Below are positions 18,890 through 28,169 of a DNA stretch of 64,000 bases, piece by piece. Position 1 is the first letter of the stretch. Every line of letters begins with the position of its first letter. The translations under genes and the position numbers were made by a program. Source of the stretch: a virus. The stretch is taken from positions 30,959 to 94,958 of the IMG/VR virus record IMGVR_UViG_3300030616_000001; one strand, given 5' to 3'. Below the pieces are notes generated by a model that was not told the origin of the DNA, made no database searches, and saw nothing but the letters and a program-made list of their open reading frames with translations.

Positions 18890-19224
18890 CGGTCGCCTAT
18901 CCTCTCCGGGCGCAGATTAACGGATTGCGCCACACAGCTGCGCCGACCACGGGGCGGATCCCCGAACCCTCCCAGGACCAGTGGGTTGATCAGGCGCATG
19001 TACCTCCCGTCCTCGTTGCGGATCTCCATGTCGGGCAGTCGCCGCCGCACCACGTCGGTCAGCGCGTAGAACAGGTCCCGGTCCCTGGTGCGGACGCACC
19101 GGATCGACACGTCCCCGGGGCGGGCCGTGAACCGCTCGCACTTGATCGTGGTGGTGTGGACCAGGGGCGGCGTGACCGTCCCAACCTCCTTGCCGTCGAT
19201 CAGCAGCTGGCTCTTGTACGACAT
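18886..19224 (-). CDS. Hypothetical protein
   Basis: 112 aa, RBS present. Confidence 0.65.
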   Translation of the reverse strand: MSYKSQLLIDGKEVGTVTPPLVHTTTIKCERFTARPGDVSIRCVRTRDRDLFYALTDVVRRRLPDMEIRNEDGRYMRLINPLVLGGFGDPPRGRRSCVAQSVNLRPERIGDR

Positions 19225-19227
19225 CGC

Positions 19228-19506
19228 CTACTCCTCCACCGCCTCGACCCGGAGGCCGTTGAGCGCCATGTGGGTGAACCCGGCCGGGTCGTCGTGGGCC
19301 TTGTCGCCGGCGCCACGCAACAGGACCTTGACCACCCCGGGGATCGGCTCGGGGAACCGGGTACGGAACCGCATCGTGCCGGCCTCGACACGCCGCACCT
19401 CGTCCCGGATCGCCTCGATGGGAACGGCCGTGCCGCCGCTGCCCTGGAGGTAGCCCACCGCCTCGGCGCCGGTGAGGACGTTGGTGAACTTGTACAGGTA
19501 CGCCAT
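19228..19506 (-). CDS. Hypothetical protein
   Basis: Start MAYLYK via TGATG overlap. Confidence 0.65.
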   Translation of the reverse strand: MAYLYKFTNVLTGAEAVGYLQGSGGTAVPIEAIRDEVRRVEAGTMRFRTRFPEPIPGVVKVLLRGAGDKAHDDPAGFTHMALNGLRVEAVEE

Positions 19507-20075
19507 CACCTGTCCTCCGTGGCGTCGTGGACCGGGTTCTGGCAGTCGTCGCACCTGTACCGTCCCGGCTCGAGTTCGGCGCCGCACGTGCAACGACTGG
19601 GTGGCGCGTCGTCCCGCTCGTGGGCGACGATGTGGCTCAGGGCCATCTCGGTCAGGACTTGGCCCAGGGAGATCCCGGTGGCCTCCGTGATCGTGCCCAC
19701 CTCCGTGGCCAGGATCTCCAGGAGGTCGTCCTGGTTGAGCGGATCGCTGCCCTGCTCAAGCTCCACCGTGGACTCGGTGATCATCGACACCCCTTCCTCG
19801 GGGGACTTGTTCCGCTCGAACTGGATCACGACGCGCCCCTTCTGGCGCTGCCGCTCCGGTGGCACCTGGACGAGGTCCACCGCGAACCGCATCGTCCACT
19901 CGTTCTCGCAGTGGCCGCAGTACACGTCGATCTCCCAGTACCCCTCCTCCGGGTTCGGTTCGCCGCACTCCACGTCGAACTGGTCGGCCAGTGTTGGTGT
20001 CGCCGCACCGCACCTGGGGCACTCCAGGATCTTCGGCAGGCCGAGCATCTTGTTGAGGTCCAAGTTGTTGCCCAT
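19506..20075 (-). CDS. Zn-ribbon protein
   Basis: CPRC/CGHC and CTC/CDDC pairs. Confidence 0.7.
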   Translation of the reverse strand: MGNNLDLNKMLGLPKILECPRCGAATPTLADQFDVECGEPNPEEGYWEIDVYCGHCENEWTMRFAVDLVQVPPERQRQKGRVVIQFERNKSPEEGVSMITESTVELEQGSDPLNQDDLLEILATEVGTITEATGISLGQVLTEMALSHIVAHERDDAPPSRCTCGAELEPGRYRCDDCQNPVHDATEDR

Positions 20076-20091
20076 CGGATTACCCTTTCCT

Positions 20092-20274
20092 CTAAAACAT
20101 CACCACGGTGACCACGGTGATGAACCCGGCGATCCCGGCGCCCAGGGCGAGCGAGATCAAGACCAGGCGCCTGTTCCAGCGCACGTTGCGCTCCACCGAC
20201 CGCTTCCACTCCATCTCCGGCTCGTACCACGGGGACTCGTTCTGGCCGGGGTGTCGTGCGAACTTCATGGTCAC
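20092..20274 (-). CDS. Small membrane protein
   Basis: One C-terminal hydrophobic helix. Confidence 0.6.
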   Translation of the reverse strand: MTMKFARHPGQNESPWYEPEMEWKRSVERNVRWNRRLVLISLALGAGIAGFITVVTVVMF

Positions 20275-20570
20275 CCCCTTCTCTGCGGCACGATGCCCAT
20301 CATGGACTCGACCGCGTCCTGTTCTTCTTGCGCCTCAATCCACTGCTCCACGTCCGGGAGTTCGCGCTGTGCACGGTACAAGGCGTCGGCGGTCTGACGC
20401 ATCAGGTCCAGCTTGGCCGCTCCCCGTCGGTAGAGGCTCGGATCGAAGATCGGCGCGACCGTCTGGCTGCGCTGGATCGCGTTCAGGAAGCCCGCGAGAT
20501 CCAGATCGCGCAACACCGCGGCGATGGCGGTGATCTTTGTCTGGGTCGCCGTATATTCGGAAGGATCCAT
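20271..20570 (-). CDS. Hypothetical protein
   Basis: 99 aa, RBS present. Confidence 0.7.
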   Translation of the reverse strand: MDPSEYTATQTKITAIAAVLRDLDLAGFLNAIQRSQTVAPIFDPSLYRRGAAKLDLMRQTADALYRAQRELPDVEQWIEAQEEQDAVESMMGIVPQRRG

Positions 20571-20573
20571 CGG

Positions 20574-20816
20574 TCACCCCCTCCCTGTCAGAACCCGGTC
20601 CAGGCGTCGGGCCACGCGCAACATGCCCACGCCGATCCCGTGGGCGAAGATCGCCGGGACGGAACTGGGCTGCCGTTCCTGGAGTTGGACCATCGCCGTG
20701 CCCGGGACGACCGTGTCCAGGACGTTGACTTGGATTGTGAACGGCAGGTCACCACGGTGCTGGTCCAGGAACTCCTCGACGGCCCGCTTCAAGTCGCTGT
20801 TGGTGATGATCCTCAC
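20574..20816 (-). CDS. Hypothetical protein
   Basis: 80 aa, GTGA overlap. Confidence 0.65.
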   Translation of the reverse strand: MRIITNSDLKRAVEEFLDQHRGDLPFTIQVNVLDTVVPGTAMVQLQERQPSSVPAIFAHGIGVGMLRVARRLDRVLTGRG

Positions 20817-21199
20817 GGCTCACCTCCTTGGCGCGTCTCCGCCGCGATCTGCTTGTACCGCTGGAGGAGGTGGTCAAGCTCGTTGACCTTGCCCCGGATC
20901 GCGTCCAGCGCCTTCTCGGTGGCCATGACTGGATCTGCGAAGACCCGGTCCACCGGCCAGTTCACCACGTGGCCGAGATGGGTGGCCAGGCGCATCCCCT
21001 TGATCGGAGGGGACTCGCCGCCGCGCTCCGACGGGGGGTACTTGACCTCGGACAGGAACACGAGCCGCTGAACGCGGATCCGCTCGTTGTACACGGCGTC
21101 GTCGTGGCGCGACGTGATTCCGCACCACTCGGGCCACGGGTCCACGATCCACACCTCCTGGCCGAACTTGAACTGGGGAACTTTCTGTGCCTCTTCCAT
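20813..21199 (-). CDS. Hypothetical protein
   Basis: Start MEEAQK. Confidence 0.6.
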   Translation of the reverse strand: MEEAQKVPQFKFGQEVWIVDPWPEWCGITSRHDDAVYNERIRVQRLVFLSEVKYPPSERGGESPPIKGMRLATHLGHVVNWPVDRVFADPVMATEKALDAIRGKVNELDHLLQRYKQIAAETRQGGEP

Positions 21200-21234
21200 C
21201 CGCTTACCCTTTCTGCGCCTGGCTGCGGCGCGTT

Positions 21235-21609
21235 TCAAATCGACAACTCCCCGTCGTCGGACACGGCCCGGCGCATATCGGGAAGTAGTTTCCTGTCCAG
21301 CGTCGCCCACAAGTGGCGACAGAACTCGTGGTGGTTGACGTGCTCGTCCTTTGGCGCGTGGATCTCCACCGCGGTCGCTTCCGCGCCGAACCAGTGCCGC
21401 TTGAGGTAGCAAAGCTCGTCGTAGGTCGGGAGGCGCCGAGGATGGGACAGGGACACGTGGAGCCACCGCTCGCCCTCGATCTCGTCCACCGACGCCAGGA
21501 CCCGCAGCTTCTTCTTGCGGTTGTACCAGGCGACGGCGTTGCCCCACGTGCCCACCACCTTCCAACCTGGCGGCTTGTCCCTCCAGCACTGGTCCTCGAT
21601 CTTGGTCAC
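21235..21609 (-). CDS. Conserved phage protein (DUF7694-like)
   Basis: WLHVSLS..RLPTYDEL..LK..WFG and HVNHHEFCRHLW. Confidence 0.7.
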   Translation of the reverse strand: MTKIEDQCWRDKPPGWKVVGTWGNAVAWYNRKKKLRVLASVDEIEGERWLHVSLSHPRRLPTYDELCYLKRHWFGAEATAVEIHAPKDEHVNHHEFCRHLWATLDRKLLPDMRRAVSDDGELSI

Positions 21610-22121
21610 TTCTCGCCCTCCGCCTCCGCGATGGCCCGCGCCGCCTCCTCGTGCGTCGCTCCCCAGTACAGAGGTTCACCACGCACCTTGGCGACGACGT
21701 GACCCGCGCCGATCACAGCCGGGAACGCGCCGAACCACACCAGCGATCCGATCCACGCGCCGACCTCGAGCGTACCGACTGCGGCGAACCCGATGAACAC
21801 GATTAGGCCCAGGACCGCGCCGGCCAGGGCCATCGCCTCGTACTGCTCCACGTGGACACCCTCGTGCCGCTCGGTGCGTGTGGTGTCCTGTCGCGTACCG
21901 AACGCCTCGGCGGTCAACACGCCGCCGTGCCCCAGGGTGACTCCAAGCCACACGCCCAGGTCGTGCCGCCGGTACTGTCGCCCCGGGAGGACGGCCCAGA
22001 CCCCCATGTCCTGCCAGGCCAGCTTGCCGCGGGTCACGAGCGCGACCACCACGGCCGCGAGCCACACCAGCAGATCCCACGGCAGGGTCCACAGGTAGGT
22101 GAAGATTCTTGTCCATCTCAT
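21606..22121 (-). CDS. Membrane protein with HExxH motif
   Basis: GVTLGH..RHEGVHVEQY...HEEAAR; several hydrophobic helices. Confidence 0.65.
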   Translation of the reverse strand: MRWTRIFTYLWTLPWDLLVWLAAVVVALVTRGKLAWQDMGVWAVLPGRQYRRHDLGVWLGVTLGHGGVLTAEAFGTRQDTTRTERHEGVHVEQYEAMALAGAVLGLIVFIGFAAVGTLEVGAWIGSLVWFGAFPAVIGAGHVVAKVRGEPLYWGATHEEAARAIAEAEGEK

Positions 22122-22137
22122 CGGAGAGTCCTTTCTG

Positions 22138-22545
22138 CTACTTGGCCCACGGGGAGTCCCCGGTGGGCCACGTCTTCGGAATCCAGATCCTTCCTTCCAG
22201 GACACCCCAACCTCCCAGGACGCGCTGTCCATGGCGCACCAGGGTTTCGCCCCAACCATCGTTCTCCTCCGCGACCGCGAACCCGGCCGGATCCTCCTCC
22301 AGGCAGCACGGCCCGGGCAGATCCCCGAACGTGCCATTCATCCCCACCATGTACCCGTCCTCGTCGGCCGTGTCGTACCGGTAGAAGTACGCGTACAGCC
22401 TGGCCAGGTAGCGAGCGCCGCACTTCCCGCACCGCAGTCGCTGAGCGCAACAATCGCACCCGGTGTGATCCTCGTCGTCCATGACCGGCCCCTTGTGGAC
22501 CGTGCCCGCCGCCGCCGCCGCCTTGAGCTCGAGCGCGAGTTGCAT
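22138..22545 (-). CDS. Cys-rich hypothetical protein
   Basis: Start MQLALE via TGATG overlap. Confidence 0.6.
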   Translation of the reverse strand: MQLALELKAAAAAGTVHKGPVMDDEDHTGCDCCAQRLRCGKCGARYLARLYAYFYRYDTADEDGYMVGMNGTFGDLPGPCCLEEDPAGFAVAEENDGWGETLVRHGQRVLGGWGVLEGRIWIPKTWPTGDSPWAK

Positions 22546-22724
22546 CACCTGCTCCACGCTGGGTTCCAGAACGCGTTCCAGCCGCGGTTCCACCACTGCC
22601 ACTGGCTCCGCTCGTTCACCACGTGGTACGGATTACGCACCATCGCCGGATCCCCGTCTGCCGCGCGGCACGCGTCCCGTCCCTCCCTGAATGCGCGTAG
22701 GTGCTGTTCTGTGGTCGGTTGCAT
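22545..22724 (-). CDS. 59-aa Rmf/CrpP-like protein
   Basis: AFREGRDA...NPY...QWQWWNRGW pattern; GGAGG upstream; TGATG overlap with the next gene. Confidence 0.55.
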   Translation of the reverse strand: MQPTTEQHLRAFREGRDACRAADGDPAMVRNPYHVVNERSQWQWWNRGWNAFWNPAWSR

Positions 22725-23085
22725 CGATCATATCCTCCGTCTCGGCGAGCCGTTTCTGTGCCCGCCGCAATCTCGCCTTGACTCGTCGTTCCTCGCGCTT
22801 CAACTCCTGGACCTGGCCTTCGTACCGCCGCACCTCCTTGCGCGAGTAGTAGAGGTTGCGCTCCTTGTGGGCCAGTTCGAGCAGCACGGCGATCGGATCA
22901 AGCTCCACGTCACATTCGCCGCAGTAGCACCGCCGATCCTCCGCGCTCACCACGACCTGCAGGTGGTGGCACTTCTCCCGCTTATGGTACTCCCTGCGCA
23001 GCCACGGTTGCTCGGGCCTGTCGCGCCCTGGGTCGAACGGGATCACGTTGTTCGGTTCGTCCGGTTTTGGTCCGTCGATCTTCAT
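22633..23085 (-). CDS. Zn-finger + coiled-coil protein
   Basis: CHH...CYCGEC followed by a coiled coil. Confidence 0.7.
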   Translation of the reverse strand: MKIDGPKPDEPNNVIPFDPGRDRPEQPWLRREYHKREKCHHLQVVVSAEDRRCYCGECDVELDPIAVLLELAHKERNLYYSRKEVRRYEGQVQELKREERRVKARLRRAQKRLAETEDMIDATDHRTAPTRIQGGTGRVPRGRRGSGDGA

Positions 23086-23471
23086 TCACCTCTCCTGGAG
23101 CACACCTCCACGACGCGCCGACACTGGTCCACGTCGAACATGCCGATGTGGCAGCGGTGTTCCTCGATTCCCAACGTGTCGGCGAGCCACCGATACCCAA
23201 GCCTGCGGGCGATCCCCTTCGAGTATCCGGTCGCCATCTTGGCCTTCCACAACACGTCGAACGCGTCGTGTGCCCGCCGCTTCCACTGGCGCAGTTCGGC
23301 GTCGGCGAGTCGGCCCAACGGTTCCCACTTGAGGGGTCCGGCCTTGTGGACACCGACCCAGGCCTGGCACGGGCGGCACAGATAGATCGGGCCGTAGCTG
23401 CGCCCGTCGTACACCTCGGCGCTATCGACAAGCTCGGCGTCGCCGCCGCAGTAGGGGCACGTCACGGTCAT
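23082..23471 (-). CDS. DUF3268-family zinc-finger protein
   Basis: CPYCG...YLC.PC.AWVGVH...PLGRLADAELR...AHDAFD.LW...CHIGMFD. Confidence 0.85.
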   Translation of the reverse strand: MTVTCPYCGGDAELVDSAEVYDGRSYGPIYLCRPCQAWVGVHKAGPLKWEPLGRLADAELRQWKRRAHDAFDVLWKAKMATGYSKGIARRLGYRWLADTLGIEEHRCHIGMFDVDQCRRVVEVCSRRGE

Positions 23472-24433
23472 GGCCTGTCCCTCCGTCGCCGCTCCCACTT
23501 GTCGATCCACCGCTTGGAGTCGTACTTCGCCGCCATCTCGGACAGTTCGGCCTTCATGATCTTCTCGTCGTTGACCGCCTCGTCCCACAGGTCCTCGTCG
23601 CGCAGATCGATGATCTTGCGCTTCACCATGTCGGCGAGGACGCGCGGCTCCAGTGCGTCGAGCTCCCACGACTCGTCACCGTGCTTCTTGCGGTAGTCGG
23701 CGAACCTGCTGTCCGTGACCTTGGCCGGGTTCGGCGGCGGTCCGTAGTTGTTGATCTGGGTCATGGTGAGGGCGACGCGCCGCACGTCCACGTCGCGCAC
23801 GTCCGTTGCCGCGAACATCCACAGCCGCTCCTGGACGTCCCGGTCCATGTCCAGGCCGGACGGGTCGTGATCGCCCAGGTAGAGCACCACCACCTTCTTC
23901 CCGTCCCGGATCGCGCCGTCGATCTCCTTGCCCTTGCGGTACATGAACGACTGGGACGCGTACCCCTTGTTGCTGGTGAACGGCACGTCCAAACCAAGGC
24001 ACACCGGCACCAGCACGCCCTCGAGCGCCTGTTTTTCGCACATGACCTCGACGTGGATCGGCTGGTCCTTCCACTTGTCGATTGTGAACCACCTCGATGC
24101 GGCGAACAGGATCCCCCCGGGGTGGGACCAGTGGGAATTGGCCTCGGTTTCGCGGCCGCGATCCACGATCACGTCCCAGTCCAGCAGACCAGCTAGCCGG
24201 GCGTCGTTCACAATGTTGCCAAGGCGGGTGTAGTTCTTCTGGCGGTTCTTCGTGCCCGTCTTCGGATCCGCCCACGACGCTGGGAACAGATCCCGCGCCA
24301 CCAGTTGGTAGTACAGCTGCCGCAGCGTCAGGTCGTACCCCTCGGCCGCATACTCGTCCAGGATCTCCTCGCAGATTTCGATCACCGCCAACGTCTCGGG
24401 TCTGAACCCCTTCTCCTTGAAACGCTCCTTCAT
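23468..24433 (-). CDS. Topoisomerase VI-A/Spo11-like winged-helix + TOPRIM protein
   Basis: TLRQLYYQL, EKQAL, GDHDPSG, WELDAL. Confidence 0.8.
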   Translation of the reverse strand: MKERFKEKGFRPETLAVIEICEEILDEYAAEGYDLTLRQLYYQLVARDLFPASWADPKTGTKNRQKNYTRLGNIVNDARLAGLLDWDVIVDRGRETEANSHWSHPGGILFAASRWFTIDKWKDQPIHVEVMCEKQALEGVLVPVCLGLDVPFTSNKGYASQSFMYRKGKEIDGAIRDGKKVVVLYLGDHDPSGLDMDRDVQERLWMFAATDVRDVDVRRVALTMTQINNYGPPPNPAKVTDSRFADYRKKHGDESWELDALEPRVLADMVKRKIIDLRDEDLWDEAVNDEKIMKAELSEMAAKYDSKRWIDKWERRRRDRP

Positions 24434-25179
24434 TGTGCCTCTCCCTGGGGCGCCCGTCCGCGCCCGCGTACCCTGGGTGGGTCCTTCTTCGGCCACAGGG
24501 TCCACGCCCTGCCGTCCCGCCGTGCCTCGATCCCGGGCACCACGCCGCGCTCGATCAGGTTGATCATGCTCGACTTGGCCCCCTTGTCCGACGCGTAGTG
24601 GTGGTCCACCGCCGCGACGATCTCCTTGAGCGTGCATCCTGGGTGGGCCTCGACGTGTCGCCGCCACGCCTCGCACGTTCCCTTGAACGGCGTCCAGTAC
24701 CGGTTGTGCGCGTTCCCGGCCTCGCCCCACTCCTTATGCTCCTCGCGCAGCGATGACCGGAGGTGGTCACCGACGCGCCGACGCAACCGTGCCCCCTCTG
24801 TTTCGGTGACCCGGATCCCTGCCTGGTACTCGCCGGCGATGTACTTATGCGCCTCGTCGACACCGTACACGCCGATCCCCTGCTCGCGGCAGAAGTGCTT
24901 GAGAATGGAACGGCCGCGGACGCGGGACGAAGTCTTCTCGGTCGGAACGGCGACGTGGACGAGGTTGGCGTAGTTGGTCCAGAACCAGGCCTGCTCGAGG
25001 AGCGCCGCGGTGAACGACGTCTTGACCTCGATGACGCGCACCACCGGTCCCTGGACGGCCACGATGTCCGCACGGTTGCCGCCACAGTTGACCTGCACCT
25101 CCTGGTACACGTCCCACCCCAGCTGCTGGAGGTACGTGACGACAACGCCCGCGATGTGCTGTTCGCTGACATTGGCCAC
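24430..25179 (-). CDS. PD-(D/E)XK nuclease (MmcB-like) with C-terminal winged helix
   Basis: QEV...RADIVA...IEVK...EQA. Confidence 0.75.
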   Translation of the reverse strand: MANVSEQHIAGVVVTYLQQLGWDVYQEVQVNCGGNRADIVAVQGPVVRVIEVKTSFTAALLEQAWFWTNYANLVHVAVPTEKTSSRVRGRSILKHFCREQGIGVYGVDEAHKYIAGEYQAGIRVTETEGARLRRRVGDHLRSSLREEHKEWGEAGNAHNRYWTPFKGTCEAWRRHVEAHPGCTLKEIVAAVDHHYASDKGAKSSMINLIERGVVPGIEARRDGRAWTLWPKKDPPRVRGRGRAPQGEAQ

Positions 25180-25187
25180 GTCTCCTC

Positions 25188-26093
25188 CTACTCCCCTATG
25201 CAGATCGCACGTGCGCTGTAGGTGAGGAAGTTGATCCCCACCGGCGCCCCAGTGTCGAAATTCATGCCGATGGTCTGGTGCAGCGGATCCTCCGGGTCGT
25301 ATGGTGCGGTCCAGAAGATCATCGGCGAGCACGTCGTCCCGAACACCGACTCCTGCCAGTGGCAGCCCGACGCACCCTCCGGTTCGATCAGGGTGTTGAG
25401 TTCCCCGTAGTAGGCGGGGATCCGCCAGGATAGGCCGCCGATGGTGAGTGCGCCGCACCTGGCCTCGGTGACGTAGTAGCCCGCGTTCGGATAGGTCGGC
25501 CCGTCCACCTCCCACACCAAGCCGGACTCGGGATCGCACCACAACCCAGGATCCGCCGGGGCCGTGGCGCACAGGTCCGGCCCAGCGTCTACGTCCGATA
25601 GGGTGTCCGTCTCCGTGTCGGTGTCCGTCTCGCTGCCCGTGTCCGTATCGGCATCGGCGTCGGTGTCGGTGTCGGCGTCGGTGTCCGTGTCGGTATCGGT
25701 GTCCGCGTCCGTGTCGGTGTCCGCGTCGGTGTCTTGGCCGCCATCCGGCCAATCATCTGTTTCAGTGTCGGTGTCGGCCACGGTGTCAGTGTCGGCATCC
25801 GCGTCGGTGTCCGTATCTGCATCGCCGCCTCCCCCATCTGGCGCACCGCTGTCTTCATCATCTCCAGCGTCAGTGCCGCTGCCCGTCCCAGTCTCGGTAT
25901 CAGTGTCCGCGTCGGTGTCGCTATCGCAGTCGCTATCGCCGTCGCCATCCGCGTCCGTGTCTGCGTCCGTGTCGGTGTCCCCATCGGCATCGCCCCCTCC
26001 ATCCATCTGGTCGTCCTGGTCCTGGCCGTAGTTGACCTGCGCCGACTCGCACCCTGCGAGCGCGACTAGTATCAGTGCGATGACTCTAACCAT
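25188..26093 (-). CDS. Lipoprotein with Asp/Thr repeats and DUF1566-like domain
   Basis: Lipobox LAGC; long (DTDA)n tract; DPESGLVWE...WRIP...EL. Confidence 0.8.
   Translation of the reverse strand: MVRVIALILVALAGCESAQVNYGQDQDDQMDGGGDADGDTDTDADTDADGDGDSDCDSDTDADTDTETGTGSGTDAGDDEDSGAPDGGGGDADTDTDADADTDTVADTDTETDDWPDGGQDTDADTDTDADTDTDTDTDADTDTDADADTDTGSETDTDTETDTLSDVDAGPDLCATAPADPGLWCDPESGLVWEVDGPTYPNAGYYVTEARCGALTIGGLSWRIPAYYGELNTLIEPEGASGCHWQESVFGTTCSPMIFWTAPYDPEDPLHQTIGMNFDTGAPVGINFLTYSARAICIGE
25600..26000 (-). repeat. Coding low-complexity repeat (GACACC/GACGCG hexamers, DTDAD)
   Basis: Imperfect tandem 6-bp units visible in the sequence. Confidence 0.85.
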
Positions 26094-26448
26094 TGCGTCT
26101 CCTGTACACCTTGGCCTTGATGTCGATCTTGCTCCCAGGCTCGCGCTTGATCTGGTTCGACGTGTGCACGTAGCCGTAGGCCGCCAGGATCTCCTCGGCC
26201 CGCTTGCGCTTCACCCACCGATCCAACCCTGGATCGCGGGACGAGTGGGACCTGGCGTTGCAGATGTGCGGATTCGCGCCCCACAGGAAGATCAGGCACT
26301 CCTCCTGATCGCACCACTCCTCCAGAACGACGTGGGGATCGCGGCCGTCTGGTTTCGGCGCGACCTTGGGCGCGTTGGCCGGCGCCGGTGACCTGCCGCG
26401 GCCTGTCGTAGTCGGCGGCTCGAGGCCCAGTGAAAGCTGGCCGGTCAC
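26086..26448 (-). CDS. Hypothetical protein
   Basis: GTGA overlap start VTGQLSL. Confidence 0.6.
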   Translation of the reverse strand: MTGQLSLGLEPPTTTGRGRSPAPANAPKVAPKPDGRDPHVVLEEWCDQEECLIFLWGANPHICNARSHSSRDPGLDRWVKRKRAEEILAAYGYVHTSNQIKREPGSKIDIKAKVYRRRNG

Positions 26449-26663
26449 GCCGCCACCTTGCGGAAGTTGCACTCCGACTCCACGAGGACCAGGGCGCCGC
26501 ACTTGGGGCAATCCGCGCTGTCCTTCCACCACCAGCCCCAGACGTGGACTGGGGAAACCAACTCCTCCCCGTTCTCGTCCTCCTCGACGAACGGGGCAAC
26601 GTAGTCCTCGCACACCACCTCCGACCACTGGCCGCAGTATGGGCACTGCCCTTCTTCTTTCAT
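26445..26663 (-). CDS. Zn-ribbon protein
   Basis: CPYC...CPKC. Confidence 0.7.
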   Translation of the reverse strand: MKEEGQCPYCGQWSEVVCEDYVAPFVEEDENGEELVSPVHVWGWWWKDSADCPKCGALVLVESECNFRKVAA

Positions 26664-26827
26664 CGATCACTCTCCCTCACCGATGCTCGCCGGCGCAACG
26701 CGCGTCGGCGCAGGTACTCGGACACGGTCAGTCCTTCGCGCTCCGCGAGCTCACGGAGCCGCTCCGCCTCCTCCTCGGTGACCCGCACCTTGACCATCTG
26801 ATCCTTGTTGACCTTCTTCCCTGTCAC
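26660..26827 (-). CDS. Ribbon-helix-helix protein (MobC/CopG-like)
   Basis: VKVRVTEEE..RLRELAEREGLTVSEYLR. Confidence 0.8.
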   Translation of the reverse strand: MTGKKVNKDQMVKVRVTEEEAERLRELAEREGLTVSEYLRRRALRRRASVRESDR

Positions 26828-27078
26828 CGTCGCCTCCGCCGGCCCCGCTCTGGCCGCACCTTGATCCGCCACTGGTCCGGGGTGGTCCCCTCACGCTTAC
26901 GCAGCCGGTCCGTGAGGTCCCTTTCGGCTTCCTCCCTCCCCACCCCTGCCGCGTCTATACGGACGTTGCAGTGGACGCACCGGGTGAGCAGGTACACAAG
27001 ACCGGCCTCCCGTTGTTTCGCCGTGGTCGTCTCCCCCACCACGATGGGCCGACCACAGAATGGACAGCGTGCGTTCAT
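26824..27078 (-). CDS. Lar-like Zn-ribbon protein
   Basis: CPFCG...CVHC...EEAE. Confidence 0.55.
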   Translation of the reverse strand: MNARCPFCGRPIVVGETTTAKQREAGLVYLLTRCVHCNVRIDAAGVGREEAERDLTDRLRKREGTTPDQWRIKVRPERGRRRRR

Positions 27079-27587
27079 CGTTTGCGGCGGAGGTTGCGAT
27101 AGGCCTCCCGGATCGCGTGGTAGCGGCCGATCAGTGCCGCGTCCGCCGCGTCCTCCCCGACCTTCTGATCCCACAGGCCGCGCGTCTTCATGGCGCATCT
27201 GCGCTTGACCTCCTTGCTGTCGATCTTCGCGGTCCCAAGCTCCGCGGTCTGCCATGTCTGGGGGTTGATCCAGACCACCGGAATGCCGCGGCTGCGGAAC
27301 GCCTCCTCCCACCGACCGCCGTTGCGGGCCAGCTTCTTGAGGGTGTTGACGTTGAGGCCCAGGAATTGGTCCTCGATGGCCGCACAAACGATGGTATGAT
27401 CGAACCGACCGACGGACTCGATCACGTTGCCCACGACGGCGTGCGGCGTGTTGGCCGCCAGGTCCTTCTTCGTCCCAGGCTTGGGCCACTGCACCGCGTC
27501 GTGCAGCAGCAGCTTGGGGTTCGGATCCACCGTAACGACCGCCCACCCCGACCGCGATCCGGGGTCGATTCCCATGATGCAATCCAT
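27075..27587 (-). CDS. ruvC: Holliday junction resolvase
   Basis: MGIDPG..SGWAV, IEDQF, P.TWQ, DAADAALI. Confidence 0.88.
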   Translation of the reverse strand: MDCIMGIDPGSRSGWAVVTVDPNPKLLLHDAVQWPKPGTKKDLAANTPHAVVGNVIESVGRFDHTIVCAAIEDQFLGLNVNTLKKLARNGGRWEEAFRSRGIPVVWINPQTWQTAELGTAKIDSKEVKRRCAMKTRGLWDQKVGEDAADAALIGRYHAIREAYRNLRRKR

Positions 27588-27605
27588 GTGGATCACGGTA
27601 GCAAG

Positions 27606-27617
27606 TTGTGGCCACAA
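27606..27617. promoter_or_regulatory. Palindromic operator-like site TTGTGGCCACAA (copy 1)
   Basis: Perfect 12-bp palindrome, intergenic upstream of ruvC; identical copy at 32330. Confidence 0.6.
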
Positions 27618-27641
27618 ACACAAGCATCGAACGCGCCGAAA

Positions 27642-28169
27642 CTACGCGCCACCGAGACGCGTCACAACCGCGTCCCGGACGTCCTGGGGAAGTCGCCACA
27701 GCCGCTGTCTGCCGCGGCACATCACCCCGTTGGTCAGTGGTCGGATGTTGCGAAGGCGCCACCCGAACTGCTCCGGGACCCACCACGGCCACTCCCTGGG
27801 ATCGTCCACCCCGGGCACGAGGAGGCTGTCGAACTCGGCCACCGCGACCACGTACCCCTGATCGATCGCCAGCATCCGATCCTGGATCACCACTGGCGCC
27901 TCTACGGAGTAGGCCTTGATCATGTTGGACGCCACGTCGTACCCGACGCGCCACCCCGCCCTGCGGGCCATCTGCGCCACCGGGTCGAACACCCTCTCCA
28001 CGCTGAACTTGCCCTTGAGCTGGCCGCCGCCGAACGTCGCCCCGGCGTGGATCGCGATCCTGGTGCCCTCCACCACCGAGGACGGGGGGCGCCACGTGCG
28101 GTTCTCCACGTCCTTGCCGAGGCGCCGCACAGCCCAGGCCCACTCGGGCCACAGGGTCAGGGCCTTCAT
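27642..28169 (-). CDS. ASCH domain protein
   Basis: KALTLWPEWA..GKDVENRTW..IAIHAG...GRQRLW. Confidence 0.88.
   Translation of the reverse strand: MKALTLWPEWAWAVRRLGKDVENRTWRPPSSVVEGTRIAIHAGATFGGGQLKGKFSVERVFDPVAQMARRAGWRVGYDVASNMIKAYSVEAPVVIQDRMLAIDQGYVVAVAEFDSLLVPGVDDPREWPWWVPEQFGWRLRNIRPLTNGVMCRGRQRLWRLPQDVRDAVVTRLGGA

Noticed and set aside
25188-25600. DUF1566 domain as a diversity-generating retroelement target
   Set aside because: No reverse transcriptase and no template/variable repeat pair seen in the window
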